DNA of 64,000 nt from Nitrospirota bacterium (GCA_029261195.1 JAJDBU010000059.1:147299-211298); one strand, 5' to 3'. Shown: positions 29,180 to 38,450, numbered from the stretch's first letter. Program-made: numbers and translations. Notes: generated from the letters alone by a model not told the origin.

Positions 29180-29219
29180 GGCCGGCAAAACTTTGATCAA
29201 AGGAATGCTGGCTTTTTTT
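29180..29219 (+). terminator. Rho-independent terminator / attenuator candidate 30 nt upstream of dabB
   Basis: GCCGGCA (29181-29187) pairs with TGCTGGC (29206-29212), including one G-U pair. Inner CTTT/AAAG helix with a GATC loop. Followed by TTTTTTT (29213-29219). Confidence 0.6.
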
Positions 29220-29248
29220 ATACCCTTTTGAATTAAGGACCCGCTCTC

Positions 29249-30979
29249 ATTCAAAACGTCGTCGCCACCCTCTCAATTCTGATTCCCCTTCTCCCGCTAC
29301 TAGCGGGTCTCCTGATTCCAACCCTGGGAAAGCGAATCGGTGAGCGTGTCTACCTTGTCGGCCTTACCGCGCAGATTATCGCCTTCTTCACAAGCCTGCT
29401 GGCGCTCTATCAAGTGAGTGTCGGTGCGGCCATCCAGATCAATCCCCTGTCCTTTCTGGAAAACGGTATCATGCACGCAGGTCTTTTCATCGATCGCCTG
29501 GCTGCTGTCATGATGGTGCTGGTGACTTCGGTCAGCATTGTCATCCATGTTTTTGCCTCACGTTATCTTCAGGAAGAACAAGGCTTTACCCGCTTCTACA
29601 CCCTGCTCTCGCTCATTACCTTTACGCTGCTGGCCCTGGTTGCAAGCCCGAACCTGCTGATGCTCTTTGTCTTCTGGCAGCTACTGGGCTGGCTGCTTTA
29701 CTTGCTGCTGGCCTACAACATCACCCATCTTCCAAGCGCTCAGGCGGCCTTTAAAACCCTGATTATTCTTCGTGTCGGAGATGTTTTTTTTCTGGGCGGC
29801 GTCATCCTGGCCTATCTTATTTTCGGGACCCTCGATTTTCCCCTACTCTTTGAGAAAGCTGCGGCAGGTCCGATTCCACTTCCTCTTCTTCCGGGAGGCT
29901 TGCTCTCCATTGACGCAGTCACGGCCATCACCCTGCTGATTTTTGTGGGGGCGATGAGCAAGTCGGTCCAATTCCCCTTCCATGTCTGGCTGCCCGATAC
30001 CATGTATGGCCCCTCTCCGGTCTCGGCCCTGATGCACGCGGGTATTGTGAATTCCGGCGGATTTTTATTGAATCGCTTAGCCCCCCTCTACGGGCTTTCC
30101 TCTCCCAGCCTCCACGTGGCCTTTGCGGTCGGCGCGTTCACGACCTTCCTTGGGGCGATCATCATGCTCACTGTGAACGATGTCAAAAAGATGCTCGGCT
30201 ACTCGACTATTGCACAGATGGGCTACATGATCATGGAGTGCGGATTGGGCGCCTTTGCCCTGGCGATCTTCCACTTCATCGCCCACGGCTTGTTTAAAGC
30301 GACCCTCTTTTTAAGCTCGGCCAGCGCCATCGGCGCGGCCCGGAAGGAGCCAAAATTCCCGCATCACGGAGTAGACGATGCCATACCCCCTGCGCCATTC
30401 TCCGTCCTGACCTGGAGTACCGGGCTTGTTACGACCCTCCTGCTTCCCCTGCTTATTTTATTGTCCGCCCATGATCTTTTTCATATCCCGCTGGTCGGGG
30501 CAGGAGCGCATGGGGCCGTCATCTTTCTCTTTTTCTCCTGGGTCACCTCGTCACAGGCCATCCTCAGCCTCTACCGTCTCAATGCAGTGTCCTCCTGGAA
30601 GGTGGCGGGAGCGATGGTGCTGACGCTGATCCTCATTGTATTTACTTACCTCTGGGCGGGAGAACTCTTCACCCATTTCCTCTATCCCGATCCGGGCCTG
30701 GCTGCCTATTATTTTGAGGTCGCAGCATTGCACCCGCTTTTATTCGACCTTGCCATCATCGTTGCGACCTTAGGTACCGTCCTCATCTGGGTCAATCTCT
30801 ACGCCGAGGCCCACGGAAAACGACGAGAGAAACCGGCTTGGATGTCCGCGCTTGAAGAAAAGACCTATGTGTTTTGCATGAAGGGCTTCTATATCGACGG
30901 ACTCTATCAGCGCCTGAATCAAAAAGTGCTTCATGTCATCCAGGTGATTGATAAACGCTATTTGGCGAGGATTCCATAA
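29249..30979 (+). CDS. dabB: DabB / MpsA-like proton-conducting membrane subunit (NuoL/MnhA family)
   Basis: Typical antiporter-like core (WLPDTMYGPSPVSALMHAG, GYSTIAQMGYM). The frame is open from 29237 and encodes a canonical NuoL-type N-terminus (ILIPLLPLLAGLL) upstream of the GTG at 29414. The only start-like codon there is ATT at 29249, 10 nt after AAGGA. Confidence 0.7.
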   Translation: MQNVVATLSILIPLLPLLAGLLIPTLGKRIGERVYLVGLTAQIIAFFTSLLALYQVSVGAAIQINPLSFLENGIMHAGLFIDRLAAVMMVLVTSVSIVIHVFASRYLQEEQGFTRFYTLLSLITFTLLALVASPNLLMLFVFWQLLGWLLYLLLAYNITHLPSAQAAFKTLIILRVGDVFFLGGVILAYLIFGTLDFPLLFEKAAAGPIPLPLLPGGLLSIDAVTAITLLIFVGAMSKSVQFPFHVWLPDTMYGPSPVSALMHAGIVNSGGFLLNRLAPLYGLSSPSLHVAFAVGAFTTFLGAIIMLTVNDVKKMLGYSTIAQMGYMIMECGLGAFALAIFHFIAHGLFKATLFLSSASAIGAARKEPKFPHHGVDDAIPPAPFSVLTWSTGLVTTLLLPLLILLSAHDLFHIPLVGAGAHGAVIFLFFSWVTSSQAILSLYRLNAVSSWKVAGAMVLTLILIVFTYLWAGELFTHFLYPDPGLAAYYFEVAALHPLLFDLAIIVATLGTVLIWVNLYAEAHGKRREKPAWMSALEEKTYVFCMKGFYIDGLYQRLNQKVLHVIQVIDKRYLARIP

Positions 30980-30980
30980 A

Positions 30981-32180
30981 ATGAAAAAGGTCGCCCTGGG
31001 AATCACCCTCGCAACGCACATCGGCCTTTCGGTCTTTTTATCCGGAGGGACGACTTCATTGATGACCCCGCTTGTCCTCCTGCTTCCCCTTGCGGCCACG
31101 TTCACGCTTCTTGCCGCTGATGGACATCTGACGGACAGGGCAGAGCTGCTCACTCTCCTACTCCTTCTGTGTCTTGGCCTGGGCTTCATGATGCTACCAG
31201 GCGGGGCGAGTCTTCTTGCCCTGGGTGGGGTTTTCATTGTCTTGATTGTGCTGCTGTTTCGAGAACAAAGCCGGTCCCGTTTTTCGGTACTTTGGGGTAT
31301 CGGACTCTATGGATTCGCACTGGCGGCCCTCTTTGCCTCTTTTGCAGTCTCTTCCCCGACAGCATCTACTCTATTGTTCATAGCCTATGCCATTCTTCTT
31401 CCCACTTGTCCGCTGCATGGGGCATCCATCGTGTGCGCAAGTCGTCTGCGGGGGATTCCGCCTAATTTTCTTGCGCTCTTTTTGCCGATACTGGGACTGC
31501 ACGGAGCCTTGGGTATCCTCCCCGACCTACCCTCTGCACTCATGAATGTCGTGTCTGTTTTTGCCTTGATCGGCGCGCTTTACGGCGGCATTCGGGCAGT
31601 GGTTCAAACCAACATCCGCCATCGATTGGCCTATGCCGCACTCAGCTTCTGGTCGATTCTCTGGTGGTATCTTGCCTCTCCCGGCATGGAGGCAGCGACG
31701 GCGATGCTTTACCTCTGCGCCCTCGGTCTTATCATGCAGGGACTCTTTGTCAGCGTACAACTACTGGAAAAACGTCATGGCCTGCTGAATCTCGATCAAT
31801 TGGGCGGACTGGCTCAGGTCATGCCTCGTTTCGGTGTCTTATTGAGTCTGCTGGTTGCAGCAGGCATGGGCCTGCCCCTCTTCGGTTCTTTCACAGCCTT
31901 GCTTGCCATGGCGACCTCTCCGGCAACCACACTTTCATGGGGTTTTGTGCTTGTCCTCCTGGCCTGGCTCCTGTCCTCCTGGCATTTTCCCCTTTTCATG
32001 CAGCGCATTCTCATGGGTCCGCCGAAACCCGATAGAATCTACCGCGACCTGGACCGAAGCGAAACCCTTTCTTTAACTCTAATTGTCGTGATGATCGTGA
32101 TACTGGGAATTGCGCCACAAGTCCTTATCGGCTCAGCACAGACACTTTCCGTTCAGAAGGCCAACTCCCGGATAAAATAG
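30981..32180 (+). CDS. Second, short antiporter-like (NuoM/NuoN/MrpD family) membrane subunit
   Basis: The ATG at 30981 lies 1 nt after the dabB stop. Core motifs: RHRLAYAALSFWS, LGGLAQVMP, and GLPLFGSFTALLAM. About 12 TM helices. Confidence 0.6.
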   Translation: MKKVALGITLATHIGLSVFLSGGTTSLMTPLVLLLPLAATFTLLAADGHLTDRAELLTLLLLLCLGLGFMMLPGGASLLALGGVFIVLIVLLFREQSRSRFSVLWGIGLYGFALAALFASFAVSSPTASTLLFIAYAILLPTCPLHGASIVCASRLRGIPPNFLALFLPILGLHGALGILPDLPSALMNVVSVFALIGALYGGIRAVVQTNIRHRLAYAALSFWSILWWYLASPGMEAATAMLYLCALGLIMQGLFVSVQLLEKRHGLLNLDQLGGLAQVMPRFGVLLSLLVAAGMGLPLFGSFTALLAMATSPATTLSWGFVLVLLAWLLSSWHFPLFMQRILMGPPKPDRIYRDLDRSETLSLTLIVVMIVILGIAPQVLIGSAQTLSVQKANSRIK

Positions 32181-32182
32181 AC

Positions 32183-35100
32183 ATGGCTGAAACAAAGATG
32201 AACAAAAAAACAAAGAACGCCTACGACGATTCCGCCCGAATGGGCTTGAGGGGGCTCGTCCGTATCGCCGGTGAAATCAATTCAAGCGTTTGGCCGATGA
32301 CCTCCTTCGTCACCAATAACCCGCTGCATTCCCTGGAATATCTCGATTTTGAAGAAGCCATCCGTCTGGGTCGTGAGCGGATCGGCGGCTTAGGCTATCT
32401 CTCAAATACATTTTACCGGGACTATTACCGGTCCGGGCGTATTCTTTTGGAAGACATCGATCAGGCCCTTAAAACACGGGTACAGGATGAAAGCATTCAA
32501 CTTGGAAATCGCGAATTGAGCCATAAAGAAGTCCTTCGCATCCGCCTTCTTGTCCCGACGGCTCCGCCGAAAACAGCGGCCGCAGACATCCTGCTTCAAA
32601 TTGCAGAAGACGCAGGCGGCCTGAAAAAACTGTCGGAAAAACTGAAAGGGACCATCAAAGCCCCATCAATCGAAGAACAAATCGCCGCCATGCAAAAAGC
32701 GGATTCGGGCAAACTGGCCCATCACCAAAGCCTTTCCCGATGGTGTGACGAAAGTTTCGGGACGGAGATCTCCGAAAAAATCAACAAGGAAATGACCCAT
32801 TGGTGCGGGGCTTTTTTGGATGAGGGACAGGCCCCCTGGGAAATGCCCGGTAGAGAACAGGGCTTTTACACGGCATGGAAACGCGCCGCACAAGAGTATT
32901 GTGAGGGTAGCGGTATCCGCAATATCCGGGAGAAGATCAGCCGTCTTTCAGAACATGCTGAATCTGCTGTGCTGGAAAGCCTTGATCTGCTGGGGATTCC
33001 ATCGTCTGCACGGGAAGCCTACCTTTCACTTCATCTTGCCGCGCTTCCCGGCTGGACGGCCTTTGCCAAGTGGCGGTCACGGCAGACTGAATATGAATGG
33101 CAGAAGGCTTATCCGATTGATCTGGTTCAGATGCTGGCCGTTCGTTTGTGGTATGAGCGGGAATGGGTATTAACGCTTTGTGATGAAAAAATCCGTCCGG
33201 GAGATGAAAACGCCTATGGGACGATTCTCACCTACATGGAACAATGCTCCGCAGCACATTTTTTCAGAAAGGAAGGTGTTGCAGGCCACTTGCCCGCCTG
33301 GCTTTCAGAGGAGGTTGATCTTCTGCTTTATGCCGATCTCTCCCGACAGACAAAAGGCTGGGATCAACTGGCCGCAGACTACGAAAACGAAGAGAGCCCG
33401 GATCGAGACCGCCTTGCCTGTCTTTCCGCTGCCTGGCAACTCACGGCCCTTGCTTATGAACTGAAGATCAATGCTGAACACCTGCACGACCTCCCGACGG
33501 ACAGGCTCTTGACCCTGCTTGCCTGGCTGGAAGACTTCCCTGAATCCCGACACGGACCCTATTGGCTGGCGGCTTTTGAGGCGGGTTATCGGCGGACACT
33601 GATCGAAAAATTGCAACGAAATATCGTCAAAAGTACGGAACGAAATGCGACATCTTCAAATGGCCGTCCCCTGGCCCAGGCCATCTTCTGTATTGATGTC
33701 CGTTCGGAACCCTTCCGTCGTCAACTGGAACAGGTCGGTCATTACGACACCTACGGCTTTGCCGGTTTTTTTGCGGCCTTCATCCGTTATCGCGCCTTTG
33801 GCAGCCACCACGACACCGACCTCTTCCCCGTGGTGATGGAAGCCAAGAATGTCGTCCATGAAATCCCCAGAATCTCTGAAGAAAAACACGTCTCCCGTCA
33901 CCTGGCCGGAACAAAACTCCTCCATGCGGGACACACCCTTTTTCACGACCTGAAAGAAAACGTCATCACCCCCTATGTCATGGTCGAATCCATCGGCTGG
34001 TTTTTCGCCTTTCCCTTTTTCGGGAAAACCTTCTGGCCCGTGCAATATGCAGCCTGGGTCAAGCGCCTGCTGAAACGCTTTGCCCCGCCCATCGCCACCA
34101 CTCTAACAGTGGATAAATCAAGTAAGGCGGAGGTGGAAGAAATCATCATTTCCGAACAGTGTGTGACGATTCGTCAGGCCCTTCGAGCATGGCTTAATCG
34201 ATCGGTCAGTGATGTTCCCCACAATCGGATTGAAGCCCTGCGTGAATGGGCCTTGAGCGGAAGTTTGTCGCAAGCGGAGGGTAGGAAAAAAACACATCAG
34301 AAGACCCTGAGCCTCTTTAAATCCAAAGCAGACGCAAGCGCCTTTGTTGAAGAACTCAGCAAGCGCTATCGGATCACTCCCGGATGGTCTTCGGCCCGAA
34401 TGGAGCAGGTGACACGGACAGGTTATACGGTGAAGGAACAGGCCTTTACGGTCGAAACGGCCTTTAGGGTGATGGGGCTCACGGACAATTTCGCCCCTTT
34501 TGTTCTGCTTTGCGCCCACGGCAGCAGCAATGAAAACAACCCCTTCGAGGCGGCCCTCGACTGCGGGGCCTGCGGCGGAAATCCCGGTGGCCCCAATGCG
34601 CGGGTTTTAGCGGCGATGGCGAACAAACCGGCCATCCGAAAATTACTCGCCAAAAAAGGACTGCTCATCCCGGAAGACACCTGGTTTATCGCCGCTCAGC
34701 ATGATACAACCACGGATGAAGTCAGCCTTTTTGACTTGGAAGAACTCCCCTCAAGCCATCATGAAGCGCTTTCCCGACTCAAAGACGATCTAAAAAAAGC
34801 CGCTCTGCTGAACAATGCAGAACGCTGTCGCACCCTGTCCAATCTTAAGACCGACCTTTCTCCGGAAGAGGCCTCAAAAGATGTGCAAAAACGCAGTAAG
34901 TCCTGGAACCAGGTAAGACCTGAATGGGGACTTTCAGGCAATGCGGCATTCATCATCGGTCATCGCGATTTGACGGAAGGTCTTGATTTGGCGGGTCGAG
35001 TCTTTCTTCATTCCTACGACACAGAGGCCGATCCGGAAGGCGCAAAGCTCGAAATCATCATGACCGGCCCCCAGGTGGTGACCCAGTGGATCAGCATGGG

Positions 35101-35443
35101 ATACTATTTTTCCATCGTCGATAATGAGGTCTACGGAAGCGGAAACAAGATTTATCATAATGTGGCCGGACGGATCGGGGTCATGTACGGGGCAAGCAGT
35201 GATTTGAGGACGGGGCTGCCCTGGCAGAGTGTCAGCAGGGACAACCGTCCCTATCATGAACCCATGCGCCTGCTGGTTGTCATTGAGGCTCCGAGGGCAC
35301 GCATTGACCCGATTATCGCGAGGCATCAAATTTTACAGCGTTATTATCACAATCGTTGGGTGAATTTAGTCGCCCTGGATGCGGGCTGCTTTTATCAATA
35401 TCTGCCGAGTGGCGAGTGGGTACGGGTACAAAAATCACCGTAG
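32183..35443 (+). CDS. dabA: DabA / MpsB (DUF2309) inorganic-carbon pump subunit
   Basis: 1086 aa with beta-carbonic-anhydrase-like metal-ligand motifs FCIDVRSE and CAHGSS...LDCGACGG. Starts 2 nt after the preceding stop. Confidence 0.85.
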   Translation: MAETKMNKKTKNAYDDSARMGLRGLVRIAGEINSSVWPMTSFVTNNPLHSLEYLDFEEAIRLGRERIGGLGYLSNTFYRDYYRSGRILLEDIDQALKTRVQDESIQLGNRELSHKEVLRIRLLVPTAPPKTAAADILLQIAEDAGGLKKLSEKLKGTIKAPSIEEQIAAMQKADSGKLAHHQSLSRWCDESFGTEISEKINKEMTHWCGAFLDEGQAPWEMPGREQGFYTAWKRAAQEYCEGSGIRNIREKISRLSEHAESAVLESLDLLGIPSSAREAYLSLHLAALPGWTAFAKWRSRQTEYEWQKAYPIDLVQMLAVRLWYEREWVLTLCDEKIRPGDENAYGTILTYMEQCSAAHFFRKEGVAGHLPAWLSEEVDLLLYADLSRQTKGWDQLAADYENEESPDRDRLACLSAAWQLTALAYELKINAEHLHDLPTDRLLTLLAWLEDFPESRHGPYWLAAFEAGYRRTLIEKLQRNIVKSTERNATSSNGRPLAQAIFCIDVRSEPFRRQLEQVGHYDTYGFAGFFAAFIRYRAFGSHHDTDLFPVVMEAKNVVHEIPRISEEKHVSRHLAGTKLLHAGHTLFHDLKENVITPYVMVESIGWFFAFPFFGKTFWPVQYAAWVKRLLKRFAPPIATTLTVDKSSKAEVEEIIISEQCVTIRQALRAWLNRSVSDVPHNRIEALREWALSGSLSQAEGRKKTHQKTLSLFKSKADASAFVEELSKRYRITPGWSSARMEQVTRTGYTVKEQAFTVETAFRVMGLTDNFAPFVLLCAHGSSNENNPFEAALDCGACGGNPGGPNARVLAAMANKPAIRKLLAKKGLLIPEDTWFIAAQHDTTTDEVSLFDLEELPSSHHEALSRLKDDLKKAALLNNAERCRTLSNLKTDLSPEEASKDVQKRSKSWNQVRPEWGLSGNAAFIIGHRDLTEGLDLAGRVFLHSYDTEADPEGAKLEIIMTGPQVVTQWISMGYYFSIVDNEVYGSGNKIYHNVAGRIGVMYGASSDLRTGLPWQSVSRDNRPYHEPMRLLVVIEAPRARIDPIIARHQILQRYYHNRWVNLVALDAGCFYQYLPSGEWVRVQKSP

Positions 35444-35532
35444 GGGCAGACCTGCGTGTCTGCCCGGTTTTGGATCGGACATGAGAGGGCCAACACATAG
35501 GTTCGCCCTCTCTACAGTAAAGGAAAAATCAT

Positions 35533-35871
35533 ATGAACAGTTTAGTGCTTCACCCGATGAAAGAGGTCCGGGTGATTGTTCCGGGCGAACATCAGGGTTT
35601 CGTAATTGAAATATTTGATGCCCTCCATATTTCGGGCTACACCATCATCAAAAATCTGGCAGGGAAAGGGCATCATGGTCTCCACACCTCCCATACCATG
35701 TTTGATGAGACGGAAAGCCGCCTGATGATTATGACAGTCGTTTCAGAAGAAAAGGTGGCACCCATCCTTGCAGGCTTGGCCCCGCTTTTCGGCCGCCATT
35801 CCGGCGTGATGTTTGTCAGCGATGTTTCAGTCAGCCGCCTGGAATATTTTTCCGAATCATCGAAAAAATGA
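35533..35871 (+). CDS. P-II-like small regulatory protein
   Basis: 112 aa with a beta-alpha-beta layout (KEVRVIVPGEH...GYTII...GKGHHG...MIMTVV), as in the P-II-family proteins often encoded beside DAB genes. Confidence 0.55.
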   Translation: MNSLVLHPMKEVRVIVPGEHQGFVIEIFDALHISGYTIIKNLAGKGHHGLHTSHTMFDETESRLMIMTVVSEEKVAPILAGLAPLFGRHSGVMFVSDVSVSRLEYFSESSKK

Positions 35872-35886
35872 TGTTTCATGACTTAA

Positions 35887-36312
35887 TCAGCCCACCTTGA
35901 TGAGGAGGTCCGTAAGGTGTTCCATGCCATCACACTCGACGATAACACAGAATATGTCGTATATTTCTCCTGATTCGCCCGTATTAAATTCAATGTGAGT
36001 CCGTCTATTCAAATCGGAAATCGTTCCACTTTCGATCTCTTCATCAGAATCAAACAGGAGAACGAAGGCATGTTTTTCCCCCGGTTTTCCGACATGTTCA
36101 AATACGAGTTTTACAGATCGTCCCTTAGGAACCTCAATGAGATTATTAAAAGATTTCCCGTTTCTGTCATAAAAACCATCTTCGTTTACTTTTATGATGA
36201 CTTCAATTTGAGCAGGGACCGCCCTGACCTGAAAAGGGTATAAGGTCAAAGCCGTGGCACAGAATAATAATACTATTGCCAAGAGACCAATTTGCGTACG
36301 CCCTCTTTTCAA
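35887..36312 (-). CDS. Secreted cupredoxin-like protein (paralog 1)
   Basis: Signal peptide, a beta-rich domain, candidate ligands HAFVLL, and C-terminal FCVIVECDGMEH. About 60% identical by eye to the product of 50939..51358. Confidence 0.6.
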   Translation of the reverse strand: MKRGRTQIGLLAIVLLFCATALTLYPFQVRAVPAQIEVIIKVNEDGFYDRNGKSFNNLIEVPKGRSVKLVFEHVGKPGEKHAFVLLFDSDEEIESGTISDLNRRTHIEFNTGESGEIYDIFCVIVECDGMEHLTDLLIKVG

Positions 36313-36360
36313 TCGACCTCCCTAATCACGACCTCTATTGCTGAGCATAGGGATTGAAAA

Positions 36361-36681
36361 TCAAACCCTGGACAAACTTTCGAGATGTTTCTTCGCCTCC
36401 CTGTCATAAAGTTCCTGAGCCTCCTTAATATGAAGGCAGTCCTTATCACAGGTGATCACCCCTTCTCCCCCGGAGAAATGGCTGCATGTTTCTGCATCCA
36501 AGCCGGTTTTCCTTTTTGGATCCCGAAAAATATTTACGAAAAAACCGACACGGTATTCCTCTTTATGAACAGGGCAAAGAATTTTCTTAACGGTAATCGG
36601 TTTTTTAATGCTAACGATCACCGCAAACAATAAAATAAAAACCAGTGTCAGAATGTTCGCCACAATAAAAAACAGGTCCAT
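36361..36681 (-). CDS. Membrane-anchored 4-Cys protein
   Basis: 106 aa with an N-terminal TM helix, then the Cys pattern C-x32-C-x12-C-x3-C. No family recognised. Confidence 0.45.
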   Translation of the reverse strand: MDLFFIVANILTLVFILLFAVIVSIKKPITVKKILCPVHKEEYRVGFFVNIFRDPKRKTGLDAETCSHFSGGEGVITCDKDCLHIKEAQELYDREAKKHLESLSRV

Positions 36682-36784
36682 TTCTTCCTCCTTTCTCCTT
36701 TAGGAAACTCTGATATCACCAACCAGGCTCGACCCGGAGTCCCTGCTTGCTTGTCCTCCTTATCATTTGTGCCAATCTTCTGCA

Positions 36785-37348
36785 TCACTTCGCCTTTTTC
36801 CTAATCAAGTCGGCATCGCAACAGGGGTATGAAGCTTCACTGGTCAATCGGTTAATGATGAAAGAAATGAAATTATCTCGGCAGACAAAGATGAGCATCG
36901 CGAAACTGACCAACAAAAAGATCACCGACGTTGCATAATAAAACTCTTTCCAAAAGGGCAACAGGCGGGAAAGCCCCCCCGGCGCGGCGCGGCCTGCACC
37001 ACTTAAAGAGACAAAACGGGCATCGGTGGAAGATGGCAAAACACCTGCGTCGATTTCCTCGCCCCTCTTCGTTTCTAATAACCTGATCTTCTGTATAATT
37101 TCCTCTCGCTTCTGACTTAATACCTCCACCTGCTCCCAGAATGCTTGAACACGGAGATCCTTTTGATAAACACTGTACTCCGAAAAAAGCACCGCCTCTT
37201 TTTCAATGATTTGACTCAGGTGATCATAGGGTGTAAGGGACGCTTCGCGGATCGACCCATCCCCTGTGGCACCAATCGCCCCGGAAACGCTGCTCAAAAA
37301 CACAGCCAGTATCAGTAAATAAGGCATCGCCCCTACCGCTTTTTTCAT
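36785..37348 (-). CDS. Hypothetical secreted coiled-coil protein with C-terminal TM helix
   Basis: The ATG at 37348 is preceded by GGAGGGG. Signal peptide MKKAVGAMPYLLILAVFLSSVSGA and a C-terminal hydrophobic helix. Confidence 0.45.
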   Translation of the reverse strand: MKKAVGAMPYLLILAVFLSSVSGAIGATGDGSIREASLTPYDHLSQIIEKEAVLFSEYSVYQKDLRVQAFWEQVEVLSQKREEIIQKIRLLETKRGEEIDAGVLPSSTDARFVSLSGAGRAAPGGLSRLLPFWKEFYYATSVIFLLVSFAMLIFVCRDNFISFIINRLTSEASYPCCDADLIRKKAK

Positions 37349-38006
37349 AGTCGCCCCTCCTATTTTAAATTCCGCACAGCCCTCCCTCCCTGCCCCCGAA
37401 ATAGAGCAAAAATGATACCGAATTGTCTGTAGGCCGTGCATATATTTAGCTTTATTTTCAATTACTTAAATGATTGATGGCGTATTCAGTGTGGCTAATT
37501 TCCACAACTTGTAGAAGAAATATCCTCAGAGCGAATCAGATTCCTGTGTTGTTCTTTAAGCGAGTGATTGAGTTGGAGAGAAAGAGGATTTTATTCCGGT
37601 GCCGGAACGAAATAGAAGGAGAAATCTTGCGTTTGATTCTGTCCCTGATCTTCTAAAATCATAAGATTTCTCCCTTTGCTCGAAATGACAAGGCTACCGC
37701 AATTTCTTAACCGGAAGTGACTGACTTTTATAGCATTGCTGAATTTTGTTAAGAAAAAATATGCGCAAGATGTGACATCCCGGAAACGAATACGTAAATA
37801 TGAGCGTCCATTTTTACACGCACTGTAGCTATATGCCACACTCGTATGAGTTCCCTCTTGTAACATATTGAATATATGTATGAAATTAAGGTGAATCGTC
37901 GGAGGCTTAGGCATTAAATTTGCTTATTCAGGGGCTGGCAGACTAAGCAATTGCCGGAGAGAGATAAGGAGTCCTAAACAGAAACAATCACGATGGGGAG
38001 GAAGCT

Positions 38007-38450
38007 ATGCGCCAAGTTGACTATCTTGTAGGGAAGCACGACTTTGAAAAACTGGAGGCATACCAATTTATGCAAGGAAGTGTGAGTACCTGCTTTCAAG
38101 GAACAAAGGCAGAAATGGCTGCCATGGCCATCACAACAGGGCATTTTGGAAGTCTGCCTGTCGTCGATGAAGGGAAGCGGCTTGTCGGAATTGTGAGTGA
38201 GTTTGATCTCTTAAGGGCTCTTCGTGCGGGCAAAGATCTTGACAAGGTGACCGTACAAGAAGTGATGACCCCGCAACCGGTTTCTGTCCAGGAAGGGGCA
38301 ACGGCCGACGATTTGATGAAGGTCTTGGAAGAGAATCACTTTATTCGGGTTCCAGTGGTTGATGATACCAATAAGGTCGTAGGCGTTGTTTCCCGAACAG
38401 ATATTTTACAGGGATACCTCTACGCCGATGTTAACGAGATGCCGTGGTGA
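38007..38450 (+). CDS. CBS-pair domain protein
   Basis: Two CBS motifs (GSLPVVDEGKRLVGIVSEFDLL and IRVPVVDDTNKVVGVVSRTDIL). GGGAGG Shine-Dalgarno. Confidence 0.8.
   Translation: MRQVDYLVGKHDFEKLEAYQFMQGSVSTCFQGTKAEMAAMAITTGHFGSLPVVDEGKRLVGIVSEFDLLRALRAGKDLDKVTVQEVMTPQPVSVQEGATADDLMKVLEENHFIRVPVVDDTNKVVGVVSRTDILQGYLYADVNEMPW

Noticed and set aside
31169-32076. Alternative-frame plus- and minus-strand ORFs inside the second antiporter-like gene
   Set aside because: These are shadow ORFs typical of G+C-rich membrane genes, with Pro/Arg/Ser-rich products.
37591-37914. 107-aa minus-strand ORF in the A+T-rich spacer
   Set aside because: No RBS and an odd composition. Its only notable feature is that it ends in the shared 24-nt motif, so I treat it as non-coding or a remnant.
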